Shown here: in pieces, positions 8,062 to 16,558 of the stretch
How the letters are laid out: the number at the start of each line of letters is the position of its first letter
How positions within the stretch are numbered: the stretch's first letter is position 1
Virus record (IMG/VR): IMGVR_UViG_3300045988_104662
Source: a virus
Strand: one strand, 5' to 3'
DNA: 40,027 bases
Position numbers and translations under genes: made by a program
The notes under the pieces: model-generated
What the model saw: only the letters and a program-made list of their open reading frames with translations
What the model was told of the DNA's origin: nothing
Databases searched by the model: none

Positions 8062-8565
8062 ATGAGCGTGCTCTACCACGGAGGAGCCCCCGACCTCCAA
8101 CCCGGAGACCACATCGAACCAGGCCACAGCCGCGACATCCACGACGATTGCCCGATCTGCCGCGCCAGACGCGAAAAAGGCGCGGACGCGATCGAAGGCA
8201 CCGGACACCCCGAACAGGTGTACTGCACCAGATACCGCGACTACGCCGCCCTCTACGCGTCGATGTACGGCAAGGGCGACGTGTACCAGGTGCGGCCCGT
8301 CGGAGAGCTCGAAGCTTCCGACGAGGACTTCGACGGCTGCTACCGGTGCGACCGGCTGGTGATCGTCAGAGCCGTCGAAAGACACGTCACCCTCACACCG
8401 AAACGCCGCCGCAAGGTCATCCGCCTCATGCAACGCCTGGACGACGGCCCCTGCATCAACCCACTGCCACGCAACGCCACCCCGCAGATGGTCGAAAAGT
8501 TCATCCAACGCTCCGCCGCCGACACCATGCACATCATGCGCCAGGCCGAAAGGAGCATCCGATGA
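8062..8565 (+). CDS. Arr-like (rifampin ADP-ribosyltransferase family) domain protein
   Basis: Compared from memory with Arr: LYHGGAPDLQPGDHIEPG vs FYHGTKANLAIGDLL..G; KGDVYQVRPVGELEASDED vs GYIYIVEPTGPFEDDPN; YRCDRLVIVRAVE vs YRTCEPLRIVGVVE. It also carries a CPIC-containing insertion. Confidence 0.55.
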   Translation: MSVLYHGGAPDLQPGDHIEPGHSRDIHDDCPICRARREKGADAIEGTGHPEQVYCTRYRDYAALYASMYGKGDVYQVRPVGELEASDEDFDGCYRCDRLVIVRAVERHVTLTPKRRRKVIRLMQRLDDGPCINPLPRNATPQMVEKFIQRSAADTMHIMRQAERSIR

Positions 8566-8855
8566 CCGGACACGACACTGAACACAAAGGAATCATCATG
8601 ACCATCACCGAAGACGCCGACATGGACCCAAAACCATACATCCTCACCGCCATCTCCATCGGCCTTGAAGGCGCCGCCACGGGAATGGCGCTCGCCGGCG
8701 GCCATTGGCTGCTGTCCCTGCTGTTCCTGCTGCTGACCGTGCTGTTCGCCATCAACGGATGGCGGGCGGTCGGCAGGGCGCGCATGAGGAAGACCGAATG
8801 CAGGGAATTCGTCGTCGACGGATGCCACAACATCATCATCGCCGGCGATGACTGA
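8562..8855 (+). CDS. Membrane protein
   Basis: ATGA overlap. Hydrophobic helices ILTAISIGLEGAATGMALAGG and LLSLLFLLLTVLFAINGW. Confidence 0.5.
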   Translation: MTGHDTEHKGIIMTITEDADMDPKPYILTAISIGLEGAATGMALAGGHWLLSLLFLLLTVLFAINGWRAVGRARMRKTECREFVVDGCHNIIIAGDD

Positions 8856-8879
8856 CATCAACCACGAAAGGACAAGGGA

Positions 8880-9182
8880 ATGACCAACCACGAAGTCTGG
8901 GACAAGACGATCGAGCTCAACGGAGTCGCCATACAGAGCGTCGTCTGCATGAAGGAATGCTCGGAACTCATCAAAGCGATCAGCAAACGCCTGCGCGGCG
9001 AACTGGACATCGAGAACAACCTCGCCGAGGAGATGGCCGACGTGACGATCTGCCTCTACCAATTGGCTCGCATGTACGACGTCGACGACACCGACGTCCA
9101 CGCATGGATCGACCGCAAGACCGAACGGCAGCGCAAGCGCAACGCGCTGCAGGACCACCAAAGCGGGGAGACGACGAGATGA
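8880..9182 (+). CDS. MazG-like nucleotide pyrophosphohydrolase domain protein
   Basis: 100 aa. All-helical, with an EE..AD pattern (NNLAEEMADVTICLYQLARMYDVD). Confidence 0.5.
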   Translation: MTNHEVWDKTIELNGVAIQSVVCMKECSELIKAISKRLRGELDIENNLAEEMADVTICLYQLARMYDVDDTDVHAWIDRKTERQRKRNALQDHQSGETTR

Positions 9183-9340
9183 ACGCGACATCCGTCGAAT
9201 GGATCATCGGGCATTTCGCCGACGACATCACGGCCATGCGGACGGAGACCGAGAAACGATACGGCAGACAGCCACTCCAGACTCGCCCACAAATCCGAAT
9301 GGAAACGCGAATACCACAGGAAAAGGAAGGAAAACAATGA
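9179..9340 (+). CDS. Hypothetical small protein
   Basis: ATGA overlaps at both ends. 53 aa. Confidence 0.4.
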   Translation: MNATSVEWIIGHFADDITAMRTETEKRYGRQPLQTRPQIRMETRIPQEKEGKQ

Positions 9341-9789
9341 GAGACAGTGACGCAGACATCGCCATCGACGTGCTCAACAAACTCATCGACCAGGAACTCA
9401 AGGCCGCGAGCGCCGGAATGCGTGACGGGAACAGAATCCTCGAGGAATGCGCGTCGACACGATACCACGCCTACACCTTCGCCAGAGATGAGATCAGGAA
9501 GGCGCTCGCCGATGCCGTGGAGGAGCGGGATGCTCGGAACCCGTTCCAGTGTCAGCGTGATGAGTTGGTCACGCAGGATATGCATACGTGCGATTTGTGC
9601 GGCCGGTGGTGCCCGAGTCCCGTGTACCGCGTGTGCCTGTGCTACGCGGACCAGTCCAGGGTGGCGTCCGATGTGTGCGCCGACTGCATGTGGAGGCTTG
9701 GATTCAGGCCGGTCGGGACGGTGCCGCTCGAGGCGTATCGGCGGTATGAGCGGTGGGTGTCGGAGCATCCGACGGGAAGGAGGGGTTGA
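9337..9789 (+). CDS. Cys-rich hypothetical protein
   Basis: 150 aa with an AAGGAAGG RBS. Cys cluster CDLCGRWCPSPVYRVCLCYADQSRVASDVCADC. Confidence 0.55.
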   Translation: MRDSDADIAIDVLNKLIDQELKAASAGMRDGNRILEECASTRYHAYTFARDEIRKALADAVEERDARNPFQCQRDELVTQDMHTCDLCGRWCPSPVYRVCLCYADQSRVASDVCADCMWRLGFRPVGTVPLEAYRRYERWVSEHPTGRRG

Positions 9790-9790
9790 C

Positions 9791-10033
9791 ATGGCCACGA
9801 ACGTCACACAGAGGAACGAGGTCCTGCGCGAATTGCTGCGCTGGCATTTGGAGAAGGAGAGACTCGCCGCCAATCGTCTGTTCGACGGCGTCACGCCTCC
9901 ACGGCAAGCGGATGTCGTATGTGGAAAACTCCGCGCGCACACCGAATCGTCTAACCATATCCTCTCCATGCTCGGCTATCCGGACGCCTTGCCACCGGCT
10001 GGGAGGTGTCCAGATGATCTATCTGATCGTTGA
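9791..10033 (+). CDS. Hypothetical protein
   Basis: 80 aa with a GGAAGGAGGGG RBS. Confidence 0.5.
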   Translation: MATNVTQRNEVLRELLRWHLEKERLAANRLFDGVTPPRQADVVCGKLRAHTESSNHILSMLGYPDALPPAGRCPDDLSDR

Positions 10034-10184
10034 CGGCGAGCTGGTGGACATCCTCACCGAGATGGACGAGGCGCTCGCCAAAGCCAAGAAGCTCGCCGAA
10101 CATGCGGGCAAGGTCGAAATCGCGGATCTCGTCACGGGAAGACGCACCATCATCAAACACGTGGAAAAGGGAAATCACCGATGA
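10014..10184 (+). CDS. Hypothetical small protein
   Basis: 56 aa with a GGGAGG RBS. Confidence 0.45.
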   Translation: MIYLIVDGELVDILTEMDEALAKAKKLAEHAGKVEIADLVTGRRTIIKHVEKGNHR

Positions 10185-10462
10185 GCGGATTGGGAGAGGA
10201 AGTCAAGCGCGAGAAGGAGTCCCTGCGCGGCAAGGCGCCGTCGTTGCGCTCGCCGATCGCCGAGGCGGTCATTCAGGCGTACGCGGACGGCTACACGGCC
10301 GGTAGTCTGCGCCAGCCGTCGGACGCGGAGGTGGACGCCGCGCTCAGATACCTGCTCCGCCAGGGACTGCTGCGCGAGGGCATCACCATCATGGCCGCGA
10401 AATTCGCCGTGTCGGGCATGTGCTCGGCCATGGCGGAGGCGCTCGAAAAGGAGGAATCATGA
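10181..10462 (+). CDS. Hypothetical protein
   Basis: 93 aa with an ATGA overlap. Confidence 0.5.
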   Translation: MSGLGEEVKREKESLRGKAPSLRSPIAEAVIQAYADGYTAGSLRQPSDAEVDAALRYLLRQGLLREGITIMAAKFAVSGMCSAMAEALEKEES

Positions 10463-10869
10463 TAAAGGCGCAATACACGAAGCGAAACCACATGCTCAGC
10501 ATCATCGACACGAACGTCAGTCGCACGCCGACCGTGAGCGCCAAAAACGGATGCGTCGACATCGTCTTCGCGGACGACGAGACCGCCATGGCCGTGCGCG
10601 ACGCCATCACCGCCGAACATCCGTTCGAACCGACCGAACCGTCGGCGAGCGCCCAGTCGCCGGATGCGAAGGAGATGCGAGAACTGCTCTCCGAACTCGA
10701 GGACAAACTTAACAAGGCGATGTACATCGACCTGATGAGCCATCGGCGTGACATGGGGGACGTGCAGTTCAACCTCGGACGCGTGGCCGCGTACTCCAAT
10801 GCCGTTTCATGCTGCAAGAGCAGTCTCATGCTCATGGACCAGCGGGACGGGACGGAGGATAAGTCATGA
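10459..10869 (+). CDS. Hypothetical protein
   Basis: 136 aa with an AAAGGAGGAATC RBS. Confidence 0.55.
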   Translation: MIKAQYTKRNHMLSIIDTNVSRTPTVSAKNGCVDIVFADDETAMAVRDAITAEHPFEPTEPSASAQSPDAKEMRELLSELEDKLNKAMYIDLMSHRRDMGDVQFNLGRVAAYSNAVSCCKSSLMLMDQRDGTEDKS

Positions 10870-11015
10870 GCGACGCAACCGACCGCATCGAATCGGACGA
10901 GCTCCGCCGCCAGCTCGCACGGGCATGGGAGGCCGGATACTCCGCCGGATGGACCGACCAGCTATGCGACTTCCCACCACACACCGCCGACAATCCATAC
11001 AAGGAGGAATCATGA
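10866..11015 (+). CDS. Hypothetical small protein
   Basis: 49 aa with ATGA overlaps at both ends. Below the ORF-track cutoff. Confidence 0.4.
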   Translation: MSDATDRIESDELRRQLARAWEAGYSAGWTDQLCDFPPHTADNPYKEES

Positions 11016-11125
11016 AATGGATACTCAAGACCATCAGGCAGATACTCATGATTCCGGCGTTCCTCTCCATCTACCTGGCGCTCGCCATCATCGAACACCG
11101 CGAAAGGAGGCGGGGACGGAAATGA
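11012..11125 (+). CDS. Small membrane peptide
   Basis: 37 aa with an AAGGAGGAATC RBS. Helix ILMIPAFLSIYLALAII. Confidence 0.45.
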   Translation: MKWILKTIRQILMIPAFLSIYLALAIIEHRERRRGRK

Positions 11126-11274
11126 GGAAATCCACCGAACGCGACATCCTCCGATGGCACGAACGCGGATACACAGTGGCCGAAATCCACCGGATCCTGC
11201 CGCAATGCACCACCGACGAGATAACCGCCATCATCCACAACCATTCCACCGAAAACGGCGCTCGCCGACGGTAG
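11122..11274 (+). CDS. Small HTH-like protein
   Basis: 50 aa with an ATGA overlap. Segment GYTVAEIHRILPQCTTDEI. Confidence 0.4.
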   Translation: MRKSTERDILRWHERGYTVAEIHRILPQCTTDEITAIIHNHSTENGARRR

Positions 11275-11309
11275 AATCTAAGAGAACAAACGTTCGACCG
11301 AAGGAAGTC

Positions 11310-12077
11310 ATGAGAGACATTGAGACGCCATGCCCGAACTGCGGCAATCCAACCATGGCAGGGTGGTCCATCTGCCAATCCTGTCTGCGCCGGTATATCG
11401 AGGACATCGGCTCGCTGGCCCACGTGATTCCGGCACTCCGCGCGCTGGCCGACAGGACCGCCCGCATCGGCGGCCGCTCGCACGCACCGTCGCGCGGAGT
11501 CGCGCCACTGCCCATCAGCACCCACTGGCAGGAGCAGTGGGAGCGTGCCTCGCGCCTCATGCTCGACATCGCCTCCACCATCGACATCCGCTACGGCCTG
11601 CTCAGGACGGAATCATGGCGCAAGGCATGGCGCAAGGCCATCTCGAACCGCAACAGCCTGGCGGCCAGCGACAGGACGCCGGACCTCATGCTCGACCTGC
11701 ACGCCACGCTCATCGACCTTGACGGCATGATGCGCGAGCGTGATCCCCGCGTGACCGTGGTCTCCTGTACGGAGTGCGGTCAGCGGATAGCGGCCCCGTT
11801 CGGCATGAGGGCCGGTGATTGTCCGTCCTGTGGCGTGCGCTTGGATTTGGAGGCGTTGGTCGCGGAGCATGAGCGGGACGCGCGTTCGCGCACCGTGGAT
11901 GGCAGTCCTGCCGAGTTGGCGTCGTGGTTTTCCAATGTCATCGGCCGGCGTGTGTCTCGCAAGCAGGTCGAGTGGCTGTTGCGGTCGGGAAGGCTGCATG
12001 GCTGCGAGCGCCTTGGCTCGGGCAGGTGGCGTGTGACGGCGGGTGAGTTGCTTGATGCGTCGTCGCACGTCGGCTGA
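11310..12077 (+). CDS. Zn-ribbon / DNA-binding protein, candidate late-gene regulator
   Basis: 255 aa with a GAAGGAAG RBS. CPNC...CQSC and CTEC...CPSC pairs. It is the last gene before the packaging module. Confidence 0.45.
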   Translation: MRDIETPCPNCGNPTMAGWSICQSCLRRYIEDIGSLAHVIPALRALADRTARIGGRSHAPSRGVAPLPISTHWQEQWERASRLMLDIASTIDIRYGLLRTESWRKAWRKAISNRNSLAASDRTPDLMLDLHATLIDLDGMMRERDPRVTVVSCTECGQRIAAPFGMRAGDCPSCGVRLDLEALVAEHERDARSRTVDGSPAELASWFSNVIGRRVSRKQVEWLLRSGRLHGCERLGSGRWRVTAGELLDASSHVG

Positions 12078-12217
12078 CGCGACACGCCGAACATTTGTTC
12101 GATGTCCGCTCGCCGTTTAATGTGTATGATGAGCGCGAATTGTGGGTGGCCACTGGTTGCCTTGTTCGTGTCTTTTCGTGATTGGAGGCCATCTGGCGTT
12201 TGCCGGATGGCCTTCGT

Positions 12218-12362
12218 GCTTCGGTAGGCTCAGCGGTAGAGCTGTGGGACGGCACGGATTCCAATGAGTGGACCACTAACCGGTCATGGTTTCCTTTTCT
12301 CAATTGCCCGTCAACGATATGTGCCGTCCCGTGTGTCGCTGGTTCGACTCCAGCCCGAAGCG
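12218..12362 (+). ncRNA. tRNA-like element with acceptor stem, D-arm and T-arm, but a ~94-nt insert where the anticodon arm should be
   Basis: Acceptor gcttcgg (12218-24) pairs with ccgaagc (12355-61). D-arm gctc-agcggta-gagc at 12228-42. T-arm gctgg-ttcgact-ccagc at 12338-54. A 10-bp helix, gggacggcac (12246-55) with gtgccgtccc (12321-30), encloses 65 nt. No 7-nt anticodon loop was found by eye, and there is no encoded CCA. Confidence 0.4.
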
Positions 12363-12393
12363 CTATACACCTCTCTGTCGATGGGGGATTGCG

Positions 12394-12786
12394 ATGTACA
12401 AGGTATGCTCCACCTCCGGCTGCCCGCACCTGGTCTCCTCCGGCTCCCTGTGCGACGAGTGCAGGAAAGCCAAGGACAAGCGCCGCTCGCGCGGCCGCAA
12501 TCCATACACCTCGCCAGCCCACAGGCTCGCACGGGCCCGTGTGCTGGCGAGGGATCCGCGATGCGTCTGCCCAGGCGACGGACATGACGGATGCGGCAGG
12601 CACCATGGCCTGTGCGGCGCCCCCAGCACCATCGCCGACCATTGGCCGCTTGAACGCGTCGAGCTCGTCGAAGCCGGACTGGACCCAAACGATCCGGCAC
12701 GCATGCGCGGCCTGTGCAAGCGTTGCCACGACAGCAAGACCGCGAGAACGAAACCTTCAGGCTTCAACGGTCGAAGCCTTCGCTGA
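12394..12786 (+). CDS. HNH endonuclease (packaging-associated)
   Basis: 130 aa with a GGGGA RBS. Cys/His motifs (CDEC ... HH ... ADHWPL ... CKRCHDSKT). It lies immediately upstream of terS, as in cos-type phages. Confidence 0.8.
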   Translation: MYKVCSTSGCPHLVSSGSLCDECRKAKDKRRSRGRNPYTSPAHRLARARVLARDPRCVCPGDGHDGCGRHHGLCGAPSTIADHWPLERVELVEAGLDPNDPARMRGLCKRCHDSKTARTKPSGFNGRSLR

Positions 12787-13132
12787 TTCATCTCATCTGC
12801 TGCACGCATGCGGTACGTCGAGCCAAGCCGACGACGTCCGGCGCGCGCCGCAAGCGTGAGGCGAAGCGGAAAACAAAAAGCGATCAAGTCCTTTTCAATT
12901 CGGTTCGCCGCTCGGCGCGAAGACGAACGTGCAGTATTGGAAAACGTTGGAAAATCAACGAAAACAAACCATCGAAACACCCACGGGGGTACCCCTAACG
13001 GTTTGAGTGGCGGAACCGCCGGAGAGCTGTCTCCGAGGTGCGGAGGGTTCAAAAGTTTCAGAGGGGGCGGGCGAAAGGCCCGGCCGCCGACAGCGAAGGA
13101 ACGGCGCGAGGCCGTCCGACGATGGAGGAGAC

Positions 13133-13684
13133 ATGCCAAGAGGAGGAAAACGCGTCAGATCCGGTCCGATGCCGGATCCGTCGAGCGGTGCGAGCGAACG
13201 CAGGGGATACACGCTGCGCAGTCTGCCGAACACGGAATACAAGGGCCGGCCGCCGAAGTTTCCGCTGCCGCCTTACGTGATCCGCTATTTCGACAAGGAC
13301 TCGCAGGAATGGGTCGAGGACAGGGCCGGTTCGGAATCGTGGAATGACCGGGAGGCCGAACTGTGGAGGCAGTTGTGGCGTCTGCCGCAGGCGCGCGCGT
13401 GGAAACAGCCGCAGCTGAAGTATCTGCATTACCAGATCGCCTCGTATGTCCGCGAATGCGTGGTGTGCGAGAGCCCGTCGGCCAAGGCGGCCGACGTGGC
13501 CGTGAAGATCAGGCTCGAGGACCGGATAGGCCTGTCCGAGGCTGGATTGCAGGCGCTCGGCTGGAAGATCTCCGAGGACAACGTCGACATGGCCGCCCAC
13601 GAGGTGCCCGCCACGGACGCGGAGGCGTCCGAGAGCGGCATGGACACCAAGATCGTCCAGTTCCCACGACGCCTGAGGGCGTGA
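13133..13684 (+). CDS. terS: Terminase small subunit
   Basis: 183 aa with a GGAGGAG RBS. The N-terminus is basic (MPRGGKRVRSGPMPDP). It lies directly upstream of terL. Confidence 0.7.
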   Translation: MPRGGKRVRSGPMPDPSSGASERRGYTLRSLPNTEYKGRPPKFPLPPYVIRYFDKDSQEWVEDRAGSESWNDREAELWRQLWRLPQARAWKQPQLKYLHYQIASYVRECVVCESPSAKAADVAVKIRLEDRIGLSEAGLQALGWKISEDNVDMAAHEVPATDAEASESGMDTKIVQFPRRLRA

Positions 13685-13685
13685 C

Positions 13686-14804
13686 ATGGCCGACGACTGG
13701 ATCATCGACTTCCCGACGCTCGCAGACCTGCAGGATGCGTGGGTTCGGCGTCACGTGCGCCAGCCGGACGGTATTCTCCGCGGCAAGCCCTTCTGCTGGT
13801 CAGATTGGCAGTTCTGGTACGCCGCACACCGCTGGAGGGTGCGCGAGGACGCGGAATTCATCCCGCCCGAAGAGGTCACGGTGGACAATCCACTGGTTCT
13901 CAACCAGGCCTTCCAATATCGTCTGACCGGCTGCATTGGCCCGCAGAAGACAGGCAAGGGACCGACCGAGGCCTCATGCGCGATACTCGAGGCCTGCGGT
14001 CCGGTCGTGTTCGCCGGTTGGGCGAAGCCCGGCGACGTGTACCGATGCTCCGACAACGGCTGCCCCTGCGGATGGGTCTACCACTACAATCCGGGCGAGC
14101 CGAAAGGCATGCGTCATCCTTCGCCACTCATCCAGCTGACCGCGAACTCCGAGGACCAGGTGCGCAACGCCTACCGTCCACTCGTCGCGATGATCCGGCT
14201 CGGCCCGTTGAAGCAGCTGCTCAAGGTGCGCGAGGGCTTCATCCGCATCCTGCGCCCCGGAATCAACTTGGACGATGACGATCTCGACCTTGACCGCATC
14301 GATGTGGTGACCGCATCGGCCACCAGCCGTCTGGGCAACCCGATCAGCGATGCCGAACAGGACGAGGCCGGCCTGTACACCAAGTCGAACGGCATGCTCG
14401 ACGTGGCCGACACCCAACGCCGCGGCGCCGCCGGCATGGGCGGCAGAACGCACTTCTGGACCAACGCCTACGACCCCGGCGAAAATTCCTATGCCCAACA
14501 GCAATTCGAGACATCGGCATCGGATGTGTGGATCTTCTACCGCAACCCCGACCTCAACCCGGACCTGCGCCACAAGGACGGTACGCCATACAGCTTCAAC
14601 AACCGGCGCGAACGCCGCAAGATCCTCGAATGGGTGTACGCCGGCAGCCCCTGGGTGCCCTTGGATTCCGTCGAGGCGGAGGCCGAGGCCCTCATGGAGA
14701 AGGATCCCGCGCAGGCGGAACGCTTCTTTGGCAACCGCATGGTGCAGGGCGGCGGCGCATGGCTCGAGGACGGACTATGGGAGAGCTGCTATGCGGGACA
14801 ATAG
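13686..14804 (+). CDS. terL: Terminase large subunit, N-terminal ATPase fragment
   Basis: 372 aa. Walker A-like GPQKTGKG and Walker B-like AEQDEAG. It ends at a TAG after ...FFGNRMVQGGGAWLEDGLWESCYAGQ, before any nuclease motif. Confidence 0.8.
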   Translation: MADDWIIDFPTLADLQDAWVRRHVRQPDGILRGKPFCWSDWQFWYAAHRWRVREDAEFIPPEEVTVDNPLVLNQAFQYRLTGCIGPQKTGKGPTEASCAILEACGPVVFAGWAKPGDVYRCSDNGCPCGWVYHYNPGEPKGMRHPSPLIQLTANSEDQVRNAYRPLVAMIRLGPLKQLLKVREGFIRILRPGINLDDDDLDLDRIDVVTASATSRLGNPISDAEQDEAGLYTKSNGMLDVADTQRRGAAGMGGRTHFWTNAYDPGENSYAQQQFETSASDVWIFYRNPDLNPDLRHKDGTPYSFNNRRERRKILEWVYAGSPWVPLDSVEAEAEALMEKDPAQAERFFGNRMVQGGGAWLEDGLWESCYAGQ

Positions 14805-14823
14805 ACCACTCAACAAATCAAGG

Positions 14824-15535
14824 ATGCGGACGATGAGGCAATACAATCTTCCGCTGCTGCAAAAGGTGCGGACAGTTGGCCGATACGACATGCCAATGCT
14901 TGCAAAACAGGACGTCACCCCCCCCTGACACGTTGATAGGCTTCAATTACGCGACCGGCAAAAAGACAGTCAAGCATTGCGGAATCCATTTCTTCATCGA
15001 TGACTACCAGTTCCAGAGAGTCTGGAACCAGCCGGACAGATACATCGCACCGCTCAAACGCTTCCAGTGCGTGCTGACACCTGATTTCAGCACATACATG
15101 GACATGCCGGAAGCGATGAAGATCTATAACGTCTTCCGAAGCCGTCTGATCGGAGCATACTGGCAGGCCTGCGGACTGAAAGTCATCCCAACACTTCAAT
15201 GGGCGGGCCCAGAGTCATTCCCGTACTGCTTTTCAGGCATTCCAAACAACTCCACCGTCGCGGTAAGCACGGTCGGAACGAACGACAATCCGACGGCAGA
15301 ACTCTATTGGCGGCTCGGCATGCGATACGCGATCGACAGGCTCGCACCGGAAAAGATTCTCCTCTACGGAGATGCCATTCCGTTTTTCGACTTCAGTGGC
15401 ATCGAAGTGGTCACATACAAAAACAGCAATGCGGAAAGGATGAAAAAATGGGCGGAAGAGGATCAAGCTCAGGCGCAGGACGTGGCGGACATGGCGGCGG
15501 AGGGGGAGGCTCTTCCTCTGACCTTTCATCCGTAA
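14824..15535 (+). pseudogene. DUF4417-like gene, split across two frames at a C8 tract
   Basis: Frame A (MRTMRQYNLPLLQKVRTVGRYDMPMLAKQDVTPP*) stops at 14926-28. Frame B continues with DTLIGFNYATGKKTVKHCGIHFFIDDYQF...LTPDFSTY...VIPTLQW. A run of 8 C at 14918-14925 sits at the junction, and one C fewer would fuse the two frames. Confidence 0.5.
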
Positions 15536-15903
15536 GCGACACGGATCTCACCAAGATGATGCGCGACGCGGGAAACCGCATGGACACCGCATCGGAAATC
15601 ATGCAGAGAACCGCGCACGGAGCCACGCAATACAACCAGCGCATGCCGGAAAGCGTCTTTCCAGAGGCAACCAAGGCGAACTACGACAAATACCGGGCAG
15701 CCTCCAAGGCATTCCGCACCGCCAGGGCACAGCGCGACAGAATCTCCGACGAACAGATCCGACGCCAACCAAAATCAAGCGGCACAAGCCACGCATTCGT
15801 CAATTCCTTCGGCGAAGCGACAACAAGGGAGATCACAAACCAGAACTACCAGCGCTCGCAGAAGAGTTTGTCAAAATCGGTCTTGAGGAACATGGGATAT
15901 TAG
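15448..15903 (+). CDS. Gly-rich N-terminus hypothetical protein inside the terL insertion
   Basis: 151 aa with a GGAAAGGA RBS. Begins MGGRGSSSGAGRGGHGGGGGGSS. C-terminal segment FVNSFGEATTREITNQNYQRSQKSL. Confidence 0.5.
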   Translation: MGGRGSSSGAGRGGHGGGGGGSSSDLSSVSDTDLTKMMRDAGNRMDTASEIMQRTAHGATQYNQRMPESVFPEATKANYDKYRAASKAFRTARAQRDRISDEQIRRQPKSSGTSHAFVNSFGEATTREITNQNYQRSQKSLSKSVLRNMGY

Positions 15904-15904
15904 C

Positions 15905-16558
15905 GTGTCCGAGCATGAGCTTTGGCTTGAGAACCCGTCGAAGGGCACCGAGGTGTGCCTCGGCTTCGACGGTTCCGAGAACGACGACTGGACATGCATC
16001 AAGGCCGAAACACGCGAGGGCTTCATCTTCACTCCGCGCTACGGCGAGGACCGGCGTCCCACCATCTGGAACCCGAAGACATGGGGCGGTCGAATCCCGC
16101 GCAGCGAGGTCAACGCCGCCATGGACGAGCTCAACGACCGGTACAAGATCGTGCGCGCCTACTGCGACCCCGGATTCCGCGACGAGGTGTCGTGGGAGTC
16201 GCAGATCGAGGCATGGGACTCCCAATACGGGCCGAAGAAGTACATTCCCTGGTCGATGAGCGGCTCCAGCCGCATCACCGCCGTCTGGGAGGCATTGAAA
16301 CGCTTCGAATCCGACCTCGAGCACCACGCCATCACCCAGGATGGCTGTCCGATCACCATCACGCACATGCGCAACGCAAGACGCTTCGCCAAGTCCGGCG
16401 AACGGTACGGGCTCGGCAAGCCAAAACAGACAAGGAAAATCGACGCGGCGGTCACCAGCGTGCTCGCACATGAGGCGGCATGCGACGCGCGCGCCGCCGG
16501 CTGGGGCAGGAAACGCAAGGCCTACCTGCTGACCGGCTCGACAACAAGGGGATTCTGA
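15905..16558 (+). CDS. terL: Terminase large subunit, C-terminal RNase H-like nuclease fragment
   Basis: 217 aa with a GTG start one base after the preceding TAG. Motifs LGFDGSENDDWT, RAYCDPGF, KIDAAVTSVLAHEAA. Confidence 0.8.
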   Translation: MSEHELWLENPSKGTEVCLGFDGSENDDWTCIKAETREGFIFTPRYGEDRRPTIWNPKTWGGRIPRSEVNAAMDELNDRYKIVRAYCDPGFRDEVSWESQIEAWDSQYGPKKYIPWSMSGSSRITAVWEALKRFESDLEHHAITQDGCPITITHMRNARRFAKSGERYGLGKPKQTRKIDAAVTSVLAHEAACDARAAGWGRKRKAYLLTGSTTRGF

